From positions 74,712,043-74,776,042 of the forward strand of contig NC_057719.1 in assembly GCF_004010195.1 (NCBI RefSeq): a DNA stretch of 64,000 bases, in the 5' to 3' direction. Shown here piece after piece: positions 11,840 through 25,760 of this stretch. Below the pieces are notes generated by a model that saw only the letters and a list, made by a program, of their open reading frames with translations, was not told where the DNA came from and did no database searches. The stretch is from Chiloscyllium plagiosum. Its lineage: Eukaryota. The position numbers were made by a program, and so were the translations under genes. Position 1 is the stretch's first letter, and every line of letters starts with the position of its first letter.

Positions 11840-13493
11840 CCTTTCCACTACCTCTCGCATTAATAACTTTTCAGCTGGTATGGGCTTGTCCACTTTTCAC
11901 TCTCCAGTTCAGTAGTACCCAGTGTTATAATTTTCAGAGTTTCAGAAGTTCACTCTGGTTTTAAAATCTAGTGTTTTGTGTGTGTATTTTTAAACAAAAT
12001 GTGATTTGGGTTTTAATGTTATTCATTCCTAAGTGCATACCAGTTGCATTTTTAGTAGGAGGTGTTTTGGTTCTGAAACCTGACCTTTCTATAGTTCCTT
12101 TGTCACACTGTAGTTATGTTGCAGTTTGGTGTTTTAAAGTATTTTAATTTTCATATCCTTGAGGTTGGAAATCATGAGGTATTTCACATCTGCAATCTAA
12201 CTAAACTTCCAGTTAACAGTGGGTTATGACAAATGACCTATATATGTGAAAAAGTACATCACTGAACTTAAACTTATTTACAATTGTTCAGTCAGTTTTA
12301 TTAGTCCAATCAATTGGATTCAGTGCTCCCAGATTTGGAGGGGAAAATAGACTGGAAATCTCTAAATCCAGTCCATTTTGCGGAAAACCTGCACATTTGT
12401 GGATATCAAGGTCAGCTGTGATGGCTCTATAGCCTTTGAACAGGTACCAAAGGGCCACAAGGCATGTATGGAGCTACAATTCAGTCATGTCTTGATGGAG
12501 GAGAAACTGACAAGTGAAAATAAAATCATACAAAAAGAAGAAAGTTTGTTTTGCATTAGCATTTATTTTATGGAAGTTTCTAAGAAACATTTGTAAAGCA
12601 GATTTTGATCCCAGTGGACAATTGAGTTACTAAAGAGTTAAAGATAGCGAGCCTGTCATTGAGTGTAGTTAACTGGTTCTTGTGCCTTTTCTTGCCTTAG
12701 AAATGTGAAAAGGAAGTCGGTGACCAGTAACGTTTTAAACAGATTACAGAAAGTGGTGTGTGCAAAGGATTTCAAGGGCTGAGCGACTCTGATAATGCAG
12801 CCGCTTTGTTTAGAAAGATACAAACAAATTGGTTCACTTTCTAGAAAACTATTTTGTAAGGATGATGCTGTTTTATTATCAAGCCTGGTTTGCATTACCG
12901 GATGGATACTCCTTTTTAGATTACAAAGAAATGGAGTCATGACAAGGAAATTACAAAGCACAATATTTTGATATGAAGGAGACTCCTTCTCTATATATGG
13001 TTAAACATTGGCTGTTGTGCTCTGCTCATGACTACATTTCTTGTATATTGTGAGCCTGAATATAGAGAAATGGAAGAAGAGTGCTATATTGAGAAGCATT
13101 GAAATAGAGTGTATCTACATGAACAAGAAAGAAACTTACCCCCAGGGGAAGGCAGACTGTTCATTAGCAAGTCAAGCATCGGCAGCCACTTATGAAGTTA
13201 AGCTGAAATGGTTCCTGTTTTGAAATACGACCAAGGCCGAAGGGCATTTGTTTCTACATAAGAATCCTGGAGTAGAGCCAGAAGTGTTGTCTTTAAAAAA
13301 ACAGACTTGCAATCCCATGGGGATAAAAAAAACTGCAGTTCATTTATCCAGTTAATATCAATCCTGATTTTGGAGGTTAGCAGTGCTTCCTGTATATTGT
13401 AGACAACTTGAATTGTTTTGCCATATTCAAGTGAAAATGGACAAGTTGGTTCGAAATTTCCAAATCCCATGTAATAAAAATGCAATGTCACTT

Positions 13494-14419
13494 TGTCATG
13501 CAGTCAAAAGACTGTATGTTCACTTTAAAATTCAGAAAACATTTTCTATCTTAAAGGTAATTTAAAGTACAGCCTCAGCTGCCAGTACACAGAACAGCTG
13601 AGAGACAGGCTATTCCAAAATAGATACATGTAGCAATGGCTGTTAAATGGATACCTGAGTTTTGGTTGCTGTTTTGACAACAACTTAAATTTAACCAATT
13701 AATTTAAATTGTGCCCAGGATACTAAAACCCAATTGAGTTTGAATTAATTTCATTGACAGCATCAGACCAGTGAGAGGGAACCATGTTGGGGGACATAAA
13801 ACCAGGGCATTTTGAAAATCAGTCAGAACAACTGCCAGAGAGCAAAGGCCTCCCGAAGAAATTAACATCTTGCCCTCAAAGAAATTTCAGAAGACACTAT
13901 CATCAACTTTAAAAAATCTATCACCTATCACCTGATGAAGGAGCATCGCTCCGAAAGCTAGTGTGCTCCCAATTAAACCTGTTGGACTATAACCTGGTGT
14001 TGTGTGATTTTTAACTTTGTACACCCCAGTCCAACGCCGGCATCTCCAAATCATGACTATCTATCAAGAGGTGTCTTTTCCAGTAAAAACAAAAGACGAT
14101 CTAGGGAGAAAACAGTGAATCAGAAGACCACAAGGAAGACTGCAAACGAGACTGTGTGTGACTTGAGATTAAGTCAATCATTGTGCTATTGGAATAGCAT
14201 ATTGATTGAATTGTGTTCAGTAAAAGGGATAGTGGTTCGTTAGGGGAAAGAATGTTCAGTTTGTTAATTTTGTGTTCACTATGAGAGTTAAGAAAATAAA
14301 TTATTTTTCTTTTAACTAGTGGAAATTAGGAATTCTCTTTGACTCACACACTTTAACAGATTACAGGGTGAGGTTTTTGGTTTTAATTAACACAGGGGTT
14401 CAACCTCCACATTGTAACA
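13494..14419 (+). mobile_element. Candidate solo LTR (Gypsy-like) containing a Penelope fragment
   Basis: Begins TGTCATG and ends TGTAACA; flanked on both sides by ACTT (13490-13493, 14420-14423); internal TATA-like gacataaaa (~13795) and aataaa (~14295). Confidence 0.5.
13929..13963 (+). ncRNA. Minimal type I hammerhead ribozyme motif (Penelope terminal repeat), intact core
   Basis: cac-CTGATGA-a-ggagc(atc)gctcc-GAAA-gcTA-gtg: helix I cac/gtg, 5 bp helix II, palindromic AGCT helix III, CUA cleavage triplet. Lies in insert 13924-14058 flanked by ATCTATCA. Confidence 0.75.
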
Positions 14420-14791
14420 ACTTGCTCAGTCTACAGAACACTATCACATTGGTCTTGAAGTTGATGTGTTGGCCATGACCCTTCTAATTGCTGGGGTGTT
14501 GATGAGTCATCTGTGTAAAATTGAAATGTAGTTATTGAGTGCTCACCTCTCTTCCCCACCCCACAAACTCCCTCCCCTTCCCTGAGTTCTTGTGTACACT
14601 TTTTATGTACAGGCTGACAGCATTCAACTCTGAATTTTCTTTGTCACTATCAAATAGTGCTGTCCCACTGGCTGAGCCATGCCAGCTTCCTGGGGTAGGA
14701 AGAGCTTCCGTCAGTTTGGAGCCAGTAGACCCAAGGTGCACTGTTGCGTCGCTGCCAGAGAACCTAAGTCTTTCCTTTATAACATCACTCG

Positions 14792-15220
14792 GTGTAATCG
14801 AGATTTACAGCATAGGAAAACAGCTCTTTGGGCCATGGTGGCTGTGCCAGTCAAATCAAACCACCTGTCTATTCAAATCCGATTCTCCAGCACTTAGACC
14901 ATGGCCTTCTGTGCCTTAGCATTGCACGTGCACATCTAACTGCTTAGTTCAATGTTATAAGGTTTTCTGCCTTCACCACCCTTACAGGCAGTGAGTTCCA
15001 GATTCCCACCACTGTCTGGGTGGCAAAGACTTTCCTCACATCCCTTCTAAATCTTCTGCCCCTTTTCCTTAAATCTACTCCCCAAGTCATTGATCCCTTT
15101 GTCAAGGGGAAGAGTCCTTTCCCTATCTGTGCCCCTCCTAATTTTATGCATCTCAATCATGTGCCCCCTCAATCTCTTCTAATCCAAGGGAAACTGCTCC
15201 AGTCTGTCCAATCTCTCTCT
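14792..15220 (-). mobile_element. CR1-type LINE 3' fragment
   Basis: DVRKVFATQTVVGIWNSLP motif plus 3' UTR. Confidence 0.8.
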
Positions 15221-15754
15221 CGCTGTCTCACCAGCGTGGGTACAGATCATGCATAAAAATAAATTGTTATTTTTCTTTAAATAGTGGATTTCAGCTTCCA
15301 ACTGCAAAGAAAGAATGAAGGAAGACTAACTAACTAACTAGCTCCAGAGAGAAGAAATCTCTTTTCATCTCCTCTCAAATGGGAAAACCCCCAATTCTTT
15401 TAAAACTGTCTCCCCATGTTCTATATTCCTGTATGCTGGTGAACTTTGGTTCTACCCATGACAGTTTGCAACAAATCCAAAATGCCTTTGCCATACATTA
15501 TATTAATGGGGCTTCTACACAAAACATTCCAAGTTTTTTCACCAAAGTAAAGGTGGCCAAAAATTGAGGCAGCCGAGGAACTTTGCTCCTGACAATTTGG
15601 TCATACCTTGTGCATATAAAACTCTTGAATTTCCAATAATTTTATAAGAGCAATATAAATAATAATAATGTGGAAACTTGGCTCTAAGAATACAAATAAT
15701 GGGCAATATCAGTTATTTGACATTGAACTAAGAGTATCTGTAAAAGCGAGCTTT

Positions 15755-16310
15755 TCTTCTGTGGCCGAACACTTTAACTCCCTCTCCCACTCTGCCTAGG
15801 ACATGCATGTCCTGGGCCTCCACCAAACTCCAGTCACCCAACATCTGTAAGAAGAATGCTTCATCTTTCACCTTGGGACCCTCCAACCACATGGGATCAA
15901 TGTTGATTTTCACCAGTTTCCTCATTTCGCACCCCCCCACCAAACCGGATCCAACCACACTCTTGAACTGTCCCACCTGTGTGTCTTCCTTCCCACCTAT
16001 CCGCTCCACACTCCACTCCGACCTATCAACATCACCTCCCAGTTTCACCTGCCTATCACATTCCCAGCTCGCTCTCTCACACGCTCTCTCACACGCTCTC
16101 TCACACGCTCTCTCACACGCTTCTCCCTCACTCTCTTCCTTCCTCACTCCTCACTCCTCACTCCTCACTTCACACTCACACTCACACATCTCTCAGCCCA
16201 CAAGCCTCATTCCTGATGAAGAGTTTATGCTCAAAATGTCGATCCTTCTGCTCCTCGGATGCTGCCTGACCTGCTGTGCTTTTCCAGCACCACACTTTTT
16301 GACTCTGATA
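15755..16310 (+). mobile_element. Penelope-like element 3' end: GIY-YIG endonuclease C-terminus plus terminal repeat with decayed hammerhead
   Basis: VAEHFNSLSHS..DMHVLGL..IFHLGTLQPHGINVDF; then ctgatgaagagtttatgctcaaaatgtc (16213-16240, core G lost) and the conserved tail gctgcctgacctgctgtgcttttccagca. Includes a (ctctctcacacg)n tandem repeat at ~16070-16120. Confidence 0.82.
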
Positions 16311-16529
16311 TAGGTTTGTCTATTTTAGATAATCTACTGAGAAAAGTAAGTTTAGAATTTAAAGAAATGTCACGAATCCCCAAATGATCAATTAAAGCCT
16401 ATTTTTCGAAGAATTCGCAGAAGTGGCTGTTTTTCAAAAAGGCGCAGTTCAATAATATGTGTAATTCTCACCTGTGATTCTTCAGTGTGGAAGTCACTTA
16501 AATGCAAAGCTCTTTCTCTCTGAATATAA

Positions 16530-16703
<174 letters not shown>

Positions 16704-17282
16704 TAGTTTAGTGTGAGTGTACACACTCATGTCATCTACATAAAGATCAGTAAAGCTGGACGTACCAAACTATTCCAGATACTGACATCATATTTATCGT
16801 ACCTTTCAGTCTCTTGGAACTTCTAAAAGTTTACTGTTGGTGATTATTAAGGCATTCGATCAAAGAATCCTATGTTGGCCCCTACTGATCAAAAGGATGT
16901 GTCCTCTATGATAACAACATTAATTCAATATCTGTCCTTGGATTTTACCTGAGTACCCTGTACTGTCAGCACTGTATTGGCATTCTGAATTCATGAAAGC
17001 TTATAGCTATCCTTGCTGCAGTTCTGTTGCAGGTAGACTCCCTTTCAAGCTGTTGTTTCACAGTATTCTGATGAGATATTGTTTAAAGTGTGAGCAGCTG
17101 CTTGTGGGCTTTGGGGAGTTGCAATGTTTTTCACTTGTGTCGCTGCAAGTGTGCTGAACTTCCTTTGAGGGGAAAGTCACTTTGAAATCTGAGTGGAGTT
17201 CAATGTATTATGAGTGATCATATAACCATAGTGGGCGGTGAGGGGTAGCTGTGGTAAAACCTACTGTTCTATTTAATATTTA

Positions 17283-17790
17283 AGGTTACTTACTTTTACA
17301 AGAGCAACAGTGCCTTTCAACATTATAGAAGAATTGTTAAAGAAAATAGGGCAATGGGACAAGTCAGGAAAGATGACTATAAGCTCAGCCAAAGGGAGAA
17401 GTTTAAAGAGCATCTTCAGCTTTGGGACCCTCTAACCACACGGGATCAATGTGGATTTCACCAATTTCCCCCTCGCTCCCCCCCCCCCACCCACCTTGTC
17501 TCAGATCCAACCTTCGAACTTCATACCGCCCTCCTGACCTGTCCTATCTGTCCATCTTCCTTCCCACCTATCCACTCCATCCTCCTGAAAGAGGAGAGCA
17601 GGGTAGAAGGACAGAGAGAGTCATCAAGAGAATTCCAGAACTCAGGTGCCAATGGGGGTCATTTATAAAACTTACTCACTGTCCAGTGGCCAGAATCGGA
17701 GAACTGCACAGATCTCCGAGGGGTGTAAAATTGAAGGCAATTGCAAAGACATGAAGGGATGAGGCCAGGGATGGATTTGAAAGTGGAGAT
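17283..17790 (-). mobile_element. L2-type LINE 3' fragment with nested Penelope GIY-YIG piece (17418-17588, +)
   Basis: The L2-like 3' end is also seen at 29620-30004. The insert tttgggaccctctaaccacacgggatcaatgtggatttc matches the element at 15870. Confidence 0.6.
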
Positions 17791-18021
17791 GGGTGAAACA
17801 GAGAGGCAGGATGAGACAGGAAAGAATATGCGTCCCAGACCCACACAAGCTGGCTTCATACTGACAAATGAAATCTACAACTCAACGTTTGTGTTGCCGA
17901 GGTGTTTGAGATTTGAATCATGCTGCCCGATGCGCAGGATCGGGAAGAGTAAGGTGGAAGGATCATGTTTACTTGGCAGAGTATTATTTCATCACTATAA
18001 TATTATTTTTATTTTCCATGA

Positions 18022-18183
<162 letters not shown>

Positions 18184-19262
18184 TAGTCCAGTCAAAGCTT
18201 TGTATTGATTTGTCAAAGTAGAGAGGAGCCTTGCTAAAAGTGACTACTACTCTGAATCAGACTCCTATTGTCCCAGCCAGTCAAGTGTTTGTCATAATCT
18301 GATCACTGGCTCTGAAGAGAAAATATTTTCCTTTACCACCACTACTGTCATACTTCAGTTTAGCTAATATTAGGTTGGGAAGGAAGAGTGAAGAAGGTTT
18401 TAGGCTGGAACTTGCCTCTGAAACTTGTGCAGCATCCATGGAGAGTTACCCTTCTTCAGAACTGTTTTGTAGTGGGGAGGGACCCGAAAGGTTAACTGTG
18501 CTGTCTCTCCGCAGGTGCTGCCAGATCTGTCGAGTTTTCCCAGCAATTTCTGATTTTGTGACCATTTTGTTCATGTAATGTTTGCGCCGTGAAGAGAGAA
18601 TTCTGCCTAAATGTTAGCATGCCAACCTGTTTGTTTCTCAGCATTGTTATCATACTTAGTCGACAAAGTAGACTGGGGTGTTGACCAAGGCATTGGTGCT
18701 ATCTGGGCTCTTGTACATGCTGTTGGGATTTTGTTGGTTTTCCACGTTGTCTGGGATAAGAAGTGTTCAGATATTTTCTCGGCTCTTGAAAAATACAGAC
18801 ACATGGGCCCTTTTACTTGGATGACTGGCGTACCTTTCGCTGTTTGCATCATTCATCACATCTTAACAGCATACGAAGAAACAGTGAGAATTGATTCATT
18901 AGAGTCTACACTTCTGTTGCGCCTTGTAATATTTTAATATATTTTTGTAAAATTGCTGACTGCTGAGGCTGTGGAACTGTGATGATCACAATCCACTGAT
19001 AGTGATTTGATGGGGATTGCCGGTACCTCAGTTACTGCCTGATAGAAATCCTTGAGTAACTAACTGTTCAAGTGACAGGAGTGTTGTAAACTCCCAACAC
19101 GTGGGGTCCCTCTCAGTCTGTGGTCTAATTATGTGACCTACTGATTCACTTCCTTCAACTTTGGGGGAATCCTGTTTTGATTTTTGTCTCCCAATCTGTC
19201 ATAGGTATAAGCAAGTGCCAAGGATTTTTTTTATAACACACACTGAGTTACTTCAGAATAGG

Positions 19263-19408
19263 GCTGAAAATGTGTTGCTGGAAAAGCGCAGCAGGTCAGG
19301 CAGCATCCAGGGAACAGGNNNNNNNNNNNNNNNNNNNNNNNNNNNNTTCCAGCAACACATTTTCAGCTCTGATCTCCAGCATCTGCAGTCCTCACTTTCT
19401 CCTCAAAA
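19263..19408. mobile_element. Fold-back Penelope terminal-repeat insertion with 14 bp TSD, spanning the assembly gap (N at 19319-19347)
   Basis: TACTTCAGAATAGG at 19249-19262 and 19409-19422; arms gctgaaaatgtgttgctggaa and ttccagcaacacattttcagc are exact reverse complements. Confidence 0.8.
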
Positions 19409-19509
19409 TACTTCAGAATAGGAGTCGTCTTGAGGTATGGAGCTAAACAGTGCAAAGACATTTAAATGGATGTTGCACTGGGTATGCTAAGTCCTTATTC
19501 CTGTCACAA

Positions 19510-19890
19510 CCCATGCATTTGTAATGTCTCTGTCATGACCTCAGGCCAAAATGCTTCACAGTAGTCTGAGTTGTAACATAAGGAAATGCAGCAGTCATTA
19601 TGCTGCAGCAAGCTGACACTGAGAAAGTAACCAGCTCATCTCTGTATTTTTGCTCGTGTAAGATCCAAGTTAAATATTGTCCAGGACCCTGAGCGTAATT
19701 CCCCAGCTGTTTTCTAAGTATGACTAAGGGAATTTTTACATCCATCTGCAGAGGCTAACTGCATCATGGTTTAATGTTTCATTTGACAGAGTGGCATTCC
19801 CTCGGAATTGCACTTGATGTGCTAACATTGATTACGGACTCCAGTGTGTGGAGTGAGTTGTGTGAGTAAGGCAAGGCCGTTCAGTCATCG
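19510..19890 (-). mobile_element. DeuSINE-like SINE, older copy
   Basis: ggaaatgcagcagtcattatgctgcagcaagc...taaatattgtccaggacc...tttttacatccatctgcagagg parallels 9898-10087. Confidence 0.55.
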
Positions 19891-20582
19891 AGAGTGTGCA
19901 GCTGGTCTGTACCTGAACTGCATTTACGTGCCCTCATTTTGGAACTCCTCATCCCCTTGCCGACTAACAACAGACCACAAACTCCCAAGGCTAGGCCTCA
20001 ATGATTTCCTTCAACAGTGTCTGTAGTCTTTTGATGAAGGAAGAATTAAGTTTCACTTCTATAACACCATTTTGTAATACACTGGATATTCCAATGTGCT
20101 TTACTGCTGAGAAAATGGTGCCTTTGCTATAAGATATACACGGCAATCGGTTTGTGACAGTGCGATACAATGAACAGTAATGATATAAATGATTTTTTTT
20201 TATAGCGTGAGTGAGGAATGGGAAAAATGAGGAACACTGAGGGAACCTTCAACCTCAACTGGAACCCATCGTCTCTTTCTGAAAATATTTTATATTCCTC
20301 CAAAGGGACATTGTGTCTTGGACAAAAGATGATGACACGCTGATCGTGCAATGTTCCTTCAGGTGTCAGCTCAGACAAACTCCCTCAAGAGGTGTAGTGA
20401 GGTTTAACCTCATGATCTGCTGTCAGTGAGGTGCAAGAGGAGGAACCTTCCAACTCCTGAGACCTTTTATTGAAAGAGGCCAACTGGACATATTGAGACC
20501 CAGATCTGCTCAGAGTGGAAGTGGACACCTCTGACACCCCACTTCCATGTGCCGTGATCTTTGTGAGGGCCTCAGAACTCTG

Positions 20583-20778
20583 AAATGAGCTGCCAGAGGA
20601 AGTGGTGGAGGCTGGTATAGTTGCAACGTTTAAAACTCATCTGGGTGGGTATATGAATAGGAAGGGTTTAGAGGGATATGGGCTAAGTGCTGGAAAATGG
20701 GACTTGATTGGGTTAGGATATCTGGTTGGCATGGATGAGTTGGACCAAAGGGTCTGTTTGCATGCTGTACATCTATGA
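20583..20778 (+). mobile_element. CR1 3' end
   Basis: gagctgccagaggaagtggtggaggctgg...ggaccaaagggtctgtttgcatgctgtacatctatg. Confidence 0.88.
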
Positions 20779-22593
20779 ATTTGCCCCTGTGCTTCTAAAC
20801 AAGCCGATTAATATCATTGAAGGCTTGTTAGGAGCTCACCTCTTCCTGGAAGCATCCAGCTATGAGCTGCTTTCTACCAGAGGCAGGCAAATACCAGGTC
20901 TTGGGAGGCCAGAAAATCCCTACAGGGTGAGTGGTGTGGCTATCAGAGCTTTAAAAAGCCTGCCCCTTCCTGAAGTTCATGTGGCAGCAGCCAGGGTGTG
21001 CAGAATAGAATTAATAACTTTGCTAGTTCAGGGAGTGTTTTCCCCTTCCCCTGGCATCGTGGGGCAGCCTGACCAGTGGGCAAAGCTCTGGATGTGAGGC
21101 TGTTGGAGATGAGGAGCGCTGACCTCCGAGGGGAGGGCAAAAAACTAGGAGGCCATCGGAGAGGAGCCCAAAGGAGGAAGAGACGTTATTCCGAGTATTG
21201 ATCGACAGCCAGTACCCAAGGGCGCTAAGACTTACTCTCTTTGGGTAGGAGGTCCCAGTAATCAGTACCCTCATTAGGGCACAGCTCTGTGGCAGCTCAG
21301 GGAGGTTTGTACAGTGGGAGGACATTCAGATGAGGGGGATGGGGGTGGCCTCTTTTAAGGCTGGCCGAACATCAGCTTCACACCTGATGGGCCTCCATGG
21401 GCTCAGAGTGGACAGGGTCCAGTGCTTGGACTGTGCTAGGTGTCAGTCACTGTGATAGCCAGCCCTGCTGTCAGAGACACTGCTCTTGTGAACTTTTGAG
21501 GGACCAGCTGGCTGGGGGGAGAAGCAGGAGGTAAAAGAACAGGAAGGAACTGGGAAGGAGAGGGAGATGGCACTGAGTGCTGCATGTTGAATGGCCTCTT
21601 GCTGTTCTTCGAAAGAGAACCTGCCTCCTGTTGTGAGGGTGGGGGGATATGTTCCTCAGTTGTCCCACATTGGGACAGGCTTTCTCAAAGACACATGCCT
21701 CTGGCTGCTGTGTGCATTTGCACAAGTCCCCAGCTGTATCTGAGCCACCCCGTTCCTGCCCTACCAGCTTTAATTGGACAGGAAATCCATCTCCATTTCA
21801 ATGCAAGTCGACTCTCCTCATCCTCGTACCCCTCCCACACCCTCCCTCCCCCTCAATTCCCTCAATGGAACTCCAGCCATTTTTCCACCAAAGTCTGGTT
21901 TCTGCTACAAACCGATTCAGCTGATGATTCCTGCCTGTCAAAAGTTCAGTGCCTGGACTTCTCCAGCTTTTAACGTATTAAAACACCCCGAGGGATTACA
22001 CAGGAGCTTTGTCAACTGACCTTTGACACCGAGGGGGCACACACCAGAGCTGTGCGAGCAGGCGAAATAGAGCAGTCATTTCTCTCTGTGCACTTCGTCA
22101 TCAGATATGCAGCAGTTCGTGTGTGTGTGTCAACAATATTTGGCGTTTAGGTATTCCTGCTTTGCTTGAATTAGTCCTCTGAGTTGTGAATACAAATATT
22201 TTCTCTGTGTGGTGAGAATTATCTGGAAAGCTATCCATGTTGAAAACAGCATTATTGATAGGATCTTTCTGAGATTATAATCCTCAATACAGTTCATTTT
22301 AGTCTCCTCCCAGTGCAGGTTGGTTTGTCCTGATTTCTGTTTGTACAGGCCGTGATCAAAGTTGTCTCCCATATGTTAACACATTTTTCTCATCGTGCCT
22401 CCACCTCTCACCATTGGAGCTCATCATTTGAGAGCCACAGCGTGCCAGCAGCCAAACTGAATATATTTAGGGCGATGTTATATTCTGTTTTTAATGTCCC
22501 TATATAAAGAGTATTTTGTTGTAGATAAATCCATCCTATATCACTTCCTTTCCTCCATTTTGCAATCTCTATCCCCCCACCCCTTCCCCCCAA

Positions 22594-23030
22594 ATAGAGT
22601 CATACAGATATACAGCATGGAAACAGACCCTTCGGTGCAATCAATCCATGCTGCCCAGATATTCTGATCTAATCTAGTCCCAGTTGCCAGCACTTGGCCC
22701 ATGCCTCTCTAAACCCTTTCTATTAATATACCCATCCAGATGCCTTTGAAATGTTGTACTTGTACCAGCCTCCATCACTTCCTCTGGCAGCTCATTCTAT
22801 GCACTGATCACCCTCAGCGTGAAAACGTTTCCCCTTAGGTCCCCTTCATGTCTTTCCCCTCTCGCCCCAAACCCATGCCCTGTAGTTTTGGATTCCCTAC
22901 CTCAGGGAAAAGACCCTGTCCACCCATCCTATCCATGCCCCTCATGATTTTATAAACCTCTAGAAGATCACCCCTCAGCCTCTGACACTCCAGGGAAAAC
23001 AGCCCCAGCCTATTCAGCCCTTCATCTCTC
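22594..23030 (-). mobile_element. CR1 3' fragment
   Basis: LNRLGLFSLECQRLRGDLLEVYKIMRG plus UTR and tagagtcata tail. Confidence 0.9.
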
Positions 23031-23226
23031 AATCTCAATGGTGTTTAAAAAGAAATAATGTTTTTGCCTTAAGTTTAATGCTGTCCTTATCAAATTTAAA
23101 ACACAAGGATAATAACAAGTGAGAACTATGTGAAAAAGGCATTCCTTTGCTCCTGGCCCTTTCCCTCCTTAACTTGTATCTTACTTTTATTTTCTATTCT
23201 TTAAACTTTTCTGCCTGCTTTGTTTC

Positions 23227-23270
23227 TTTCTCTCTCTCTCTCTCTCTCTCTCTCCCCCCCCCCCCCCCCC
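23227..23270. repeat. (TC)n microsatellite followed by a poly-C run
   Basis: Read directly from the sequence. Confidence 0.95.
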
Positions 23271-24069
23271 TCTCAGTGCAGACAATGAACCTCTAGAATA
23301 ACGCTGACAGCGATGCGTAGACACATCAGGCAGAGAGTGATCATGTATAGACTGCAGCGAAGGAGACTGTCTGAGTTCTTTCTGAAGTGAATGTATGATG
23401 GTGGCAATTGTGAAGAGCAAAACTGTCTGTACCTGCCAGGTATGCATGGGACCTTCATTCCCTTGCTCAAGCTTTAGATACATGCATTTACAGGCTAGTG
23501 AGGGGTGGGGCTGATGCCAAGGGACCTCGACCTCCCTCCAGATGCCTCTCCTGTCCAAGACTGAGGGAGCTCTTACTGCATACTGATAGGGCAGAGGAGC
23601 AACTACATATGAACTACACCAGGGATTGTTACCTCAGGAGGTACCTGCCACATCATTTCCCCATACACAGGACCCAAATTCAATCTTAACCTCGGCAATG
23701 CTAGTACAGTGGCTGTGTTAGATTGGCCCAACATCTGGCAAGGAAGTAATGGCCTAAGAAGAAATATCTGGGATGAGAAGATTTGTTTTTCATTATGAGA
23801 TCTTGACATGGTCAATCTAACCTTTCAGATCTTTATCAGACTGTTCATCTGAAATCCTGCTCTCCAGCCCCTTTGATGTGCTGGGGGTATTCTCCATGAT
23901 CCATGCCATGTTCAAGATCTCTGTAGCCTTGAAATTTTCTGTATTGCTATCCATGCTGCCCTTCATTATCTCCTGCAGCCCCCATAATGGCTTTATCCTC
24001 AGCTCCTTAACATTCGGATACATGGGGCTCACAGATACATCATCCTGCGCATATGGAACCAGCACTGAG

Positions 24070-24378
24070 AATCGTAGAACCCCTGGTGTGGGAGCAGGCT
24101 ATTCAGCCCATCAAGTCGCTGAAGAGCATCCCACCCAGACATCTCTTTCCTGCCCCCCCCCCCCCCCCCCAAATCCTATCCCTATAACCCTGAATTTCCC
24201 ATGGCCAATCCACCTAACTTGCACATTTTCAGAGTGTGAGAGAAAACCGGAACACCCATAGGAAACCAGCGCAGACACTGGGAGCATCTGTAACCTCCAC
24301 GCAGACAGTCGCCTGAATTGAACTGGGTCCCTGGTGCTGTGAGGCAGCAGTGCTAACCACTGAGCCACCGTGCTGCCT
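24070..24378 (-). mobile_element. V-SINE
   Basis: Head, V-domain and tail as in the other copies; internal poly-C run. Confidence 0.88.
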
Positions 24379-24627
24379 TGTCACCAGTGTTAGTGAGCCT
24401 TGCGTTTGAAGTGTTCTTGTAGTAGTGTCTTTCAGTTTCTGTTTTAATTCCTTCAAATGAATGTGTTCCAGCAGAAAACCATGGAGACAGATCTCCCGCC
24501 CTCCATTTGTATTGTGCGAAGGTTTCTTTTGTGGGACCACTTTGGCATGAGAAGGTGATTGTAAATATTTCATTTGGTTCATTCACTTTCCTTCTCTGTC
24601 ACTGGGGTGCCTGGGATGAAATGATTC

Positions 24628-24950
24628 TTAGATTAGATTAGATTACATTACATTACAGTGTGGAAACAGGCCCTTCGGCCCAACAAGTCCACACCGACCC
24701 GCCGAAGCGAAACCCACCCATACCCCTACATTTACCCCTTACCTAACACTACGGGCAATTTAGCATGGCCAATTCACCTGATCTGCACATCTTTGGACTG
24801 TGGGAGGAAACCGGAGCACCCGGAGGAAACCCACGCAGACATGGGGAGAACGTGCAAACTCCACACAGTTAGTCGCCTGAGGCGGGAATTGAACCCGGGT
24901 CTCAGGCGCTGTGAAGCAGCAGTGCTAACCACTGTGCCACCGTGCCGTCC
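24628..24950 (-). mobile_element. V-SINE, relatively young (many CpGs retained), (TCTAA)n tail
   Basis: Near-consensus copy ending in tagattagattagatt on the + strand. Confidence 0.92.
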
Positions 24951-25537
24951 ACGGTGATTCTTCCTTCTCTAGTTTTCAGATGAATACGTCCTGCCATGAT
25001 TACCTTTGCATCAATAAGCGATGAGATGTGAGTTCATTCAGCATCATTTTTGCTTGGAGCAGCTCGTTCAGAAATGAGGGAATACAGGACCATGTGGATC
25101 TGACTTGTTTCCAACCTGGTACACTGCACATTCTTGGAGCAGTTGTAGTTTGTCATATGTTGCAGTAACTGCTCGTGGAACAAGAGGTCAGCAGCTATTA
25201 ACTGGATTTGTTGGAAATGCATTCAGCCAGGTAGTGTCTTTGCAGCCACTTGTCTGGTCCTCTCCAGATGTCTCCTATTAAATCCTACTGTCCGGACCCT
25301 CCTCACTTTTCACTGTTTTAGAAGTTCGGGTGGAACAAAATAAATGTACGTTTTCTTCATATGCAAACGGGAAACTTTACTGACCCTTAAGCAAAATGTT
25401 AATCTTTTAATGCTGTGATTTCCTAGAATCTGTTCTTGTAATGTGGTTAGTTGTTTGTACTGAGATGGGGCTAGCAGTGAGCTGATTTTAATGAACACCC
25501 TGCATAGTACTTCGACCCCTTTTCTAAAGGTACTGCG

Positions 25538-25760
25538 TGGTCATCTTCCCAGAGGCAGTCTCTCGGGATGAGGATGAAATCTTTCCGCTGTGATTTGATT
25601 GGTTCTGAGGTGGTTGGTAACTTCCAAGCACGATCTAGAGATCCTGCCTTATGTGGGACAGATGGTTTGGATATCGATGGTTGGTTTGCTGTTCATGTAC
25701 TCCACTCTGATGCCTTGACTTCCCCTCTTCATGTTTCTGATGAAGTCTGTCAATGTGCAC
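25538..25760 (-). mobile_element. Possible RTE-clade LINE 3' remnant
   Basis: gtctctcgggatgaggatga...ggttctgaggtggttg...gatctagagatcctgcc resembles RTE 3' ends; recognised from memory only. Confidence 0.4.

Noticed and set aside
15728..16313. Long ORFs with ACER/ALSH repeats
   Set aside because: Produced by a 12-mer tandem repeat within a Penelope remnant.
18611..18937. 108 aa hydrophobic ORF
   Set aside because: No recognisable domain, intronic, and starts at a non-ATG codon; consistent with chance.
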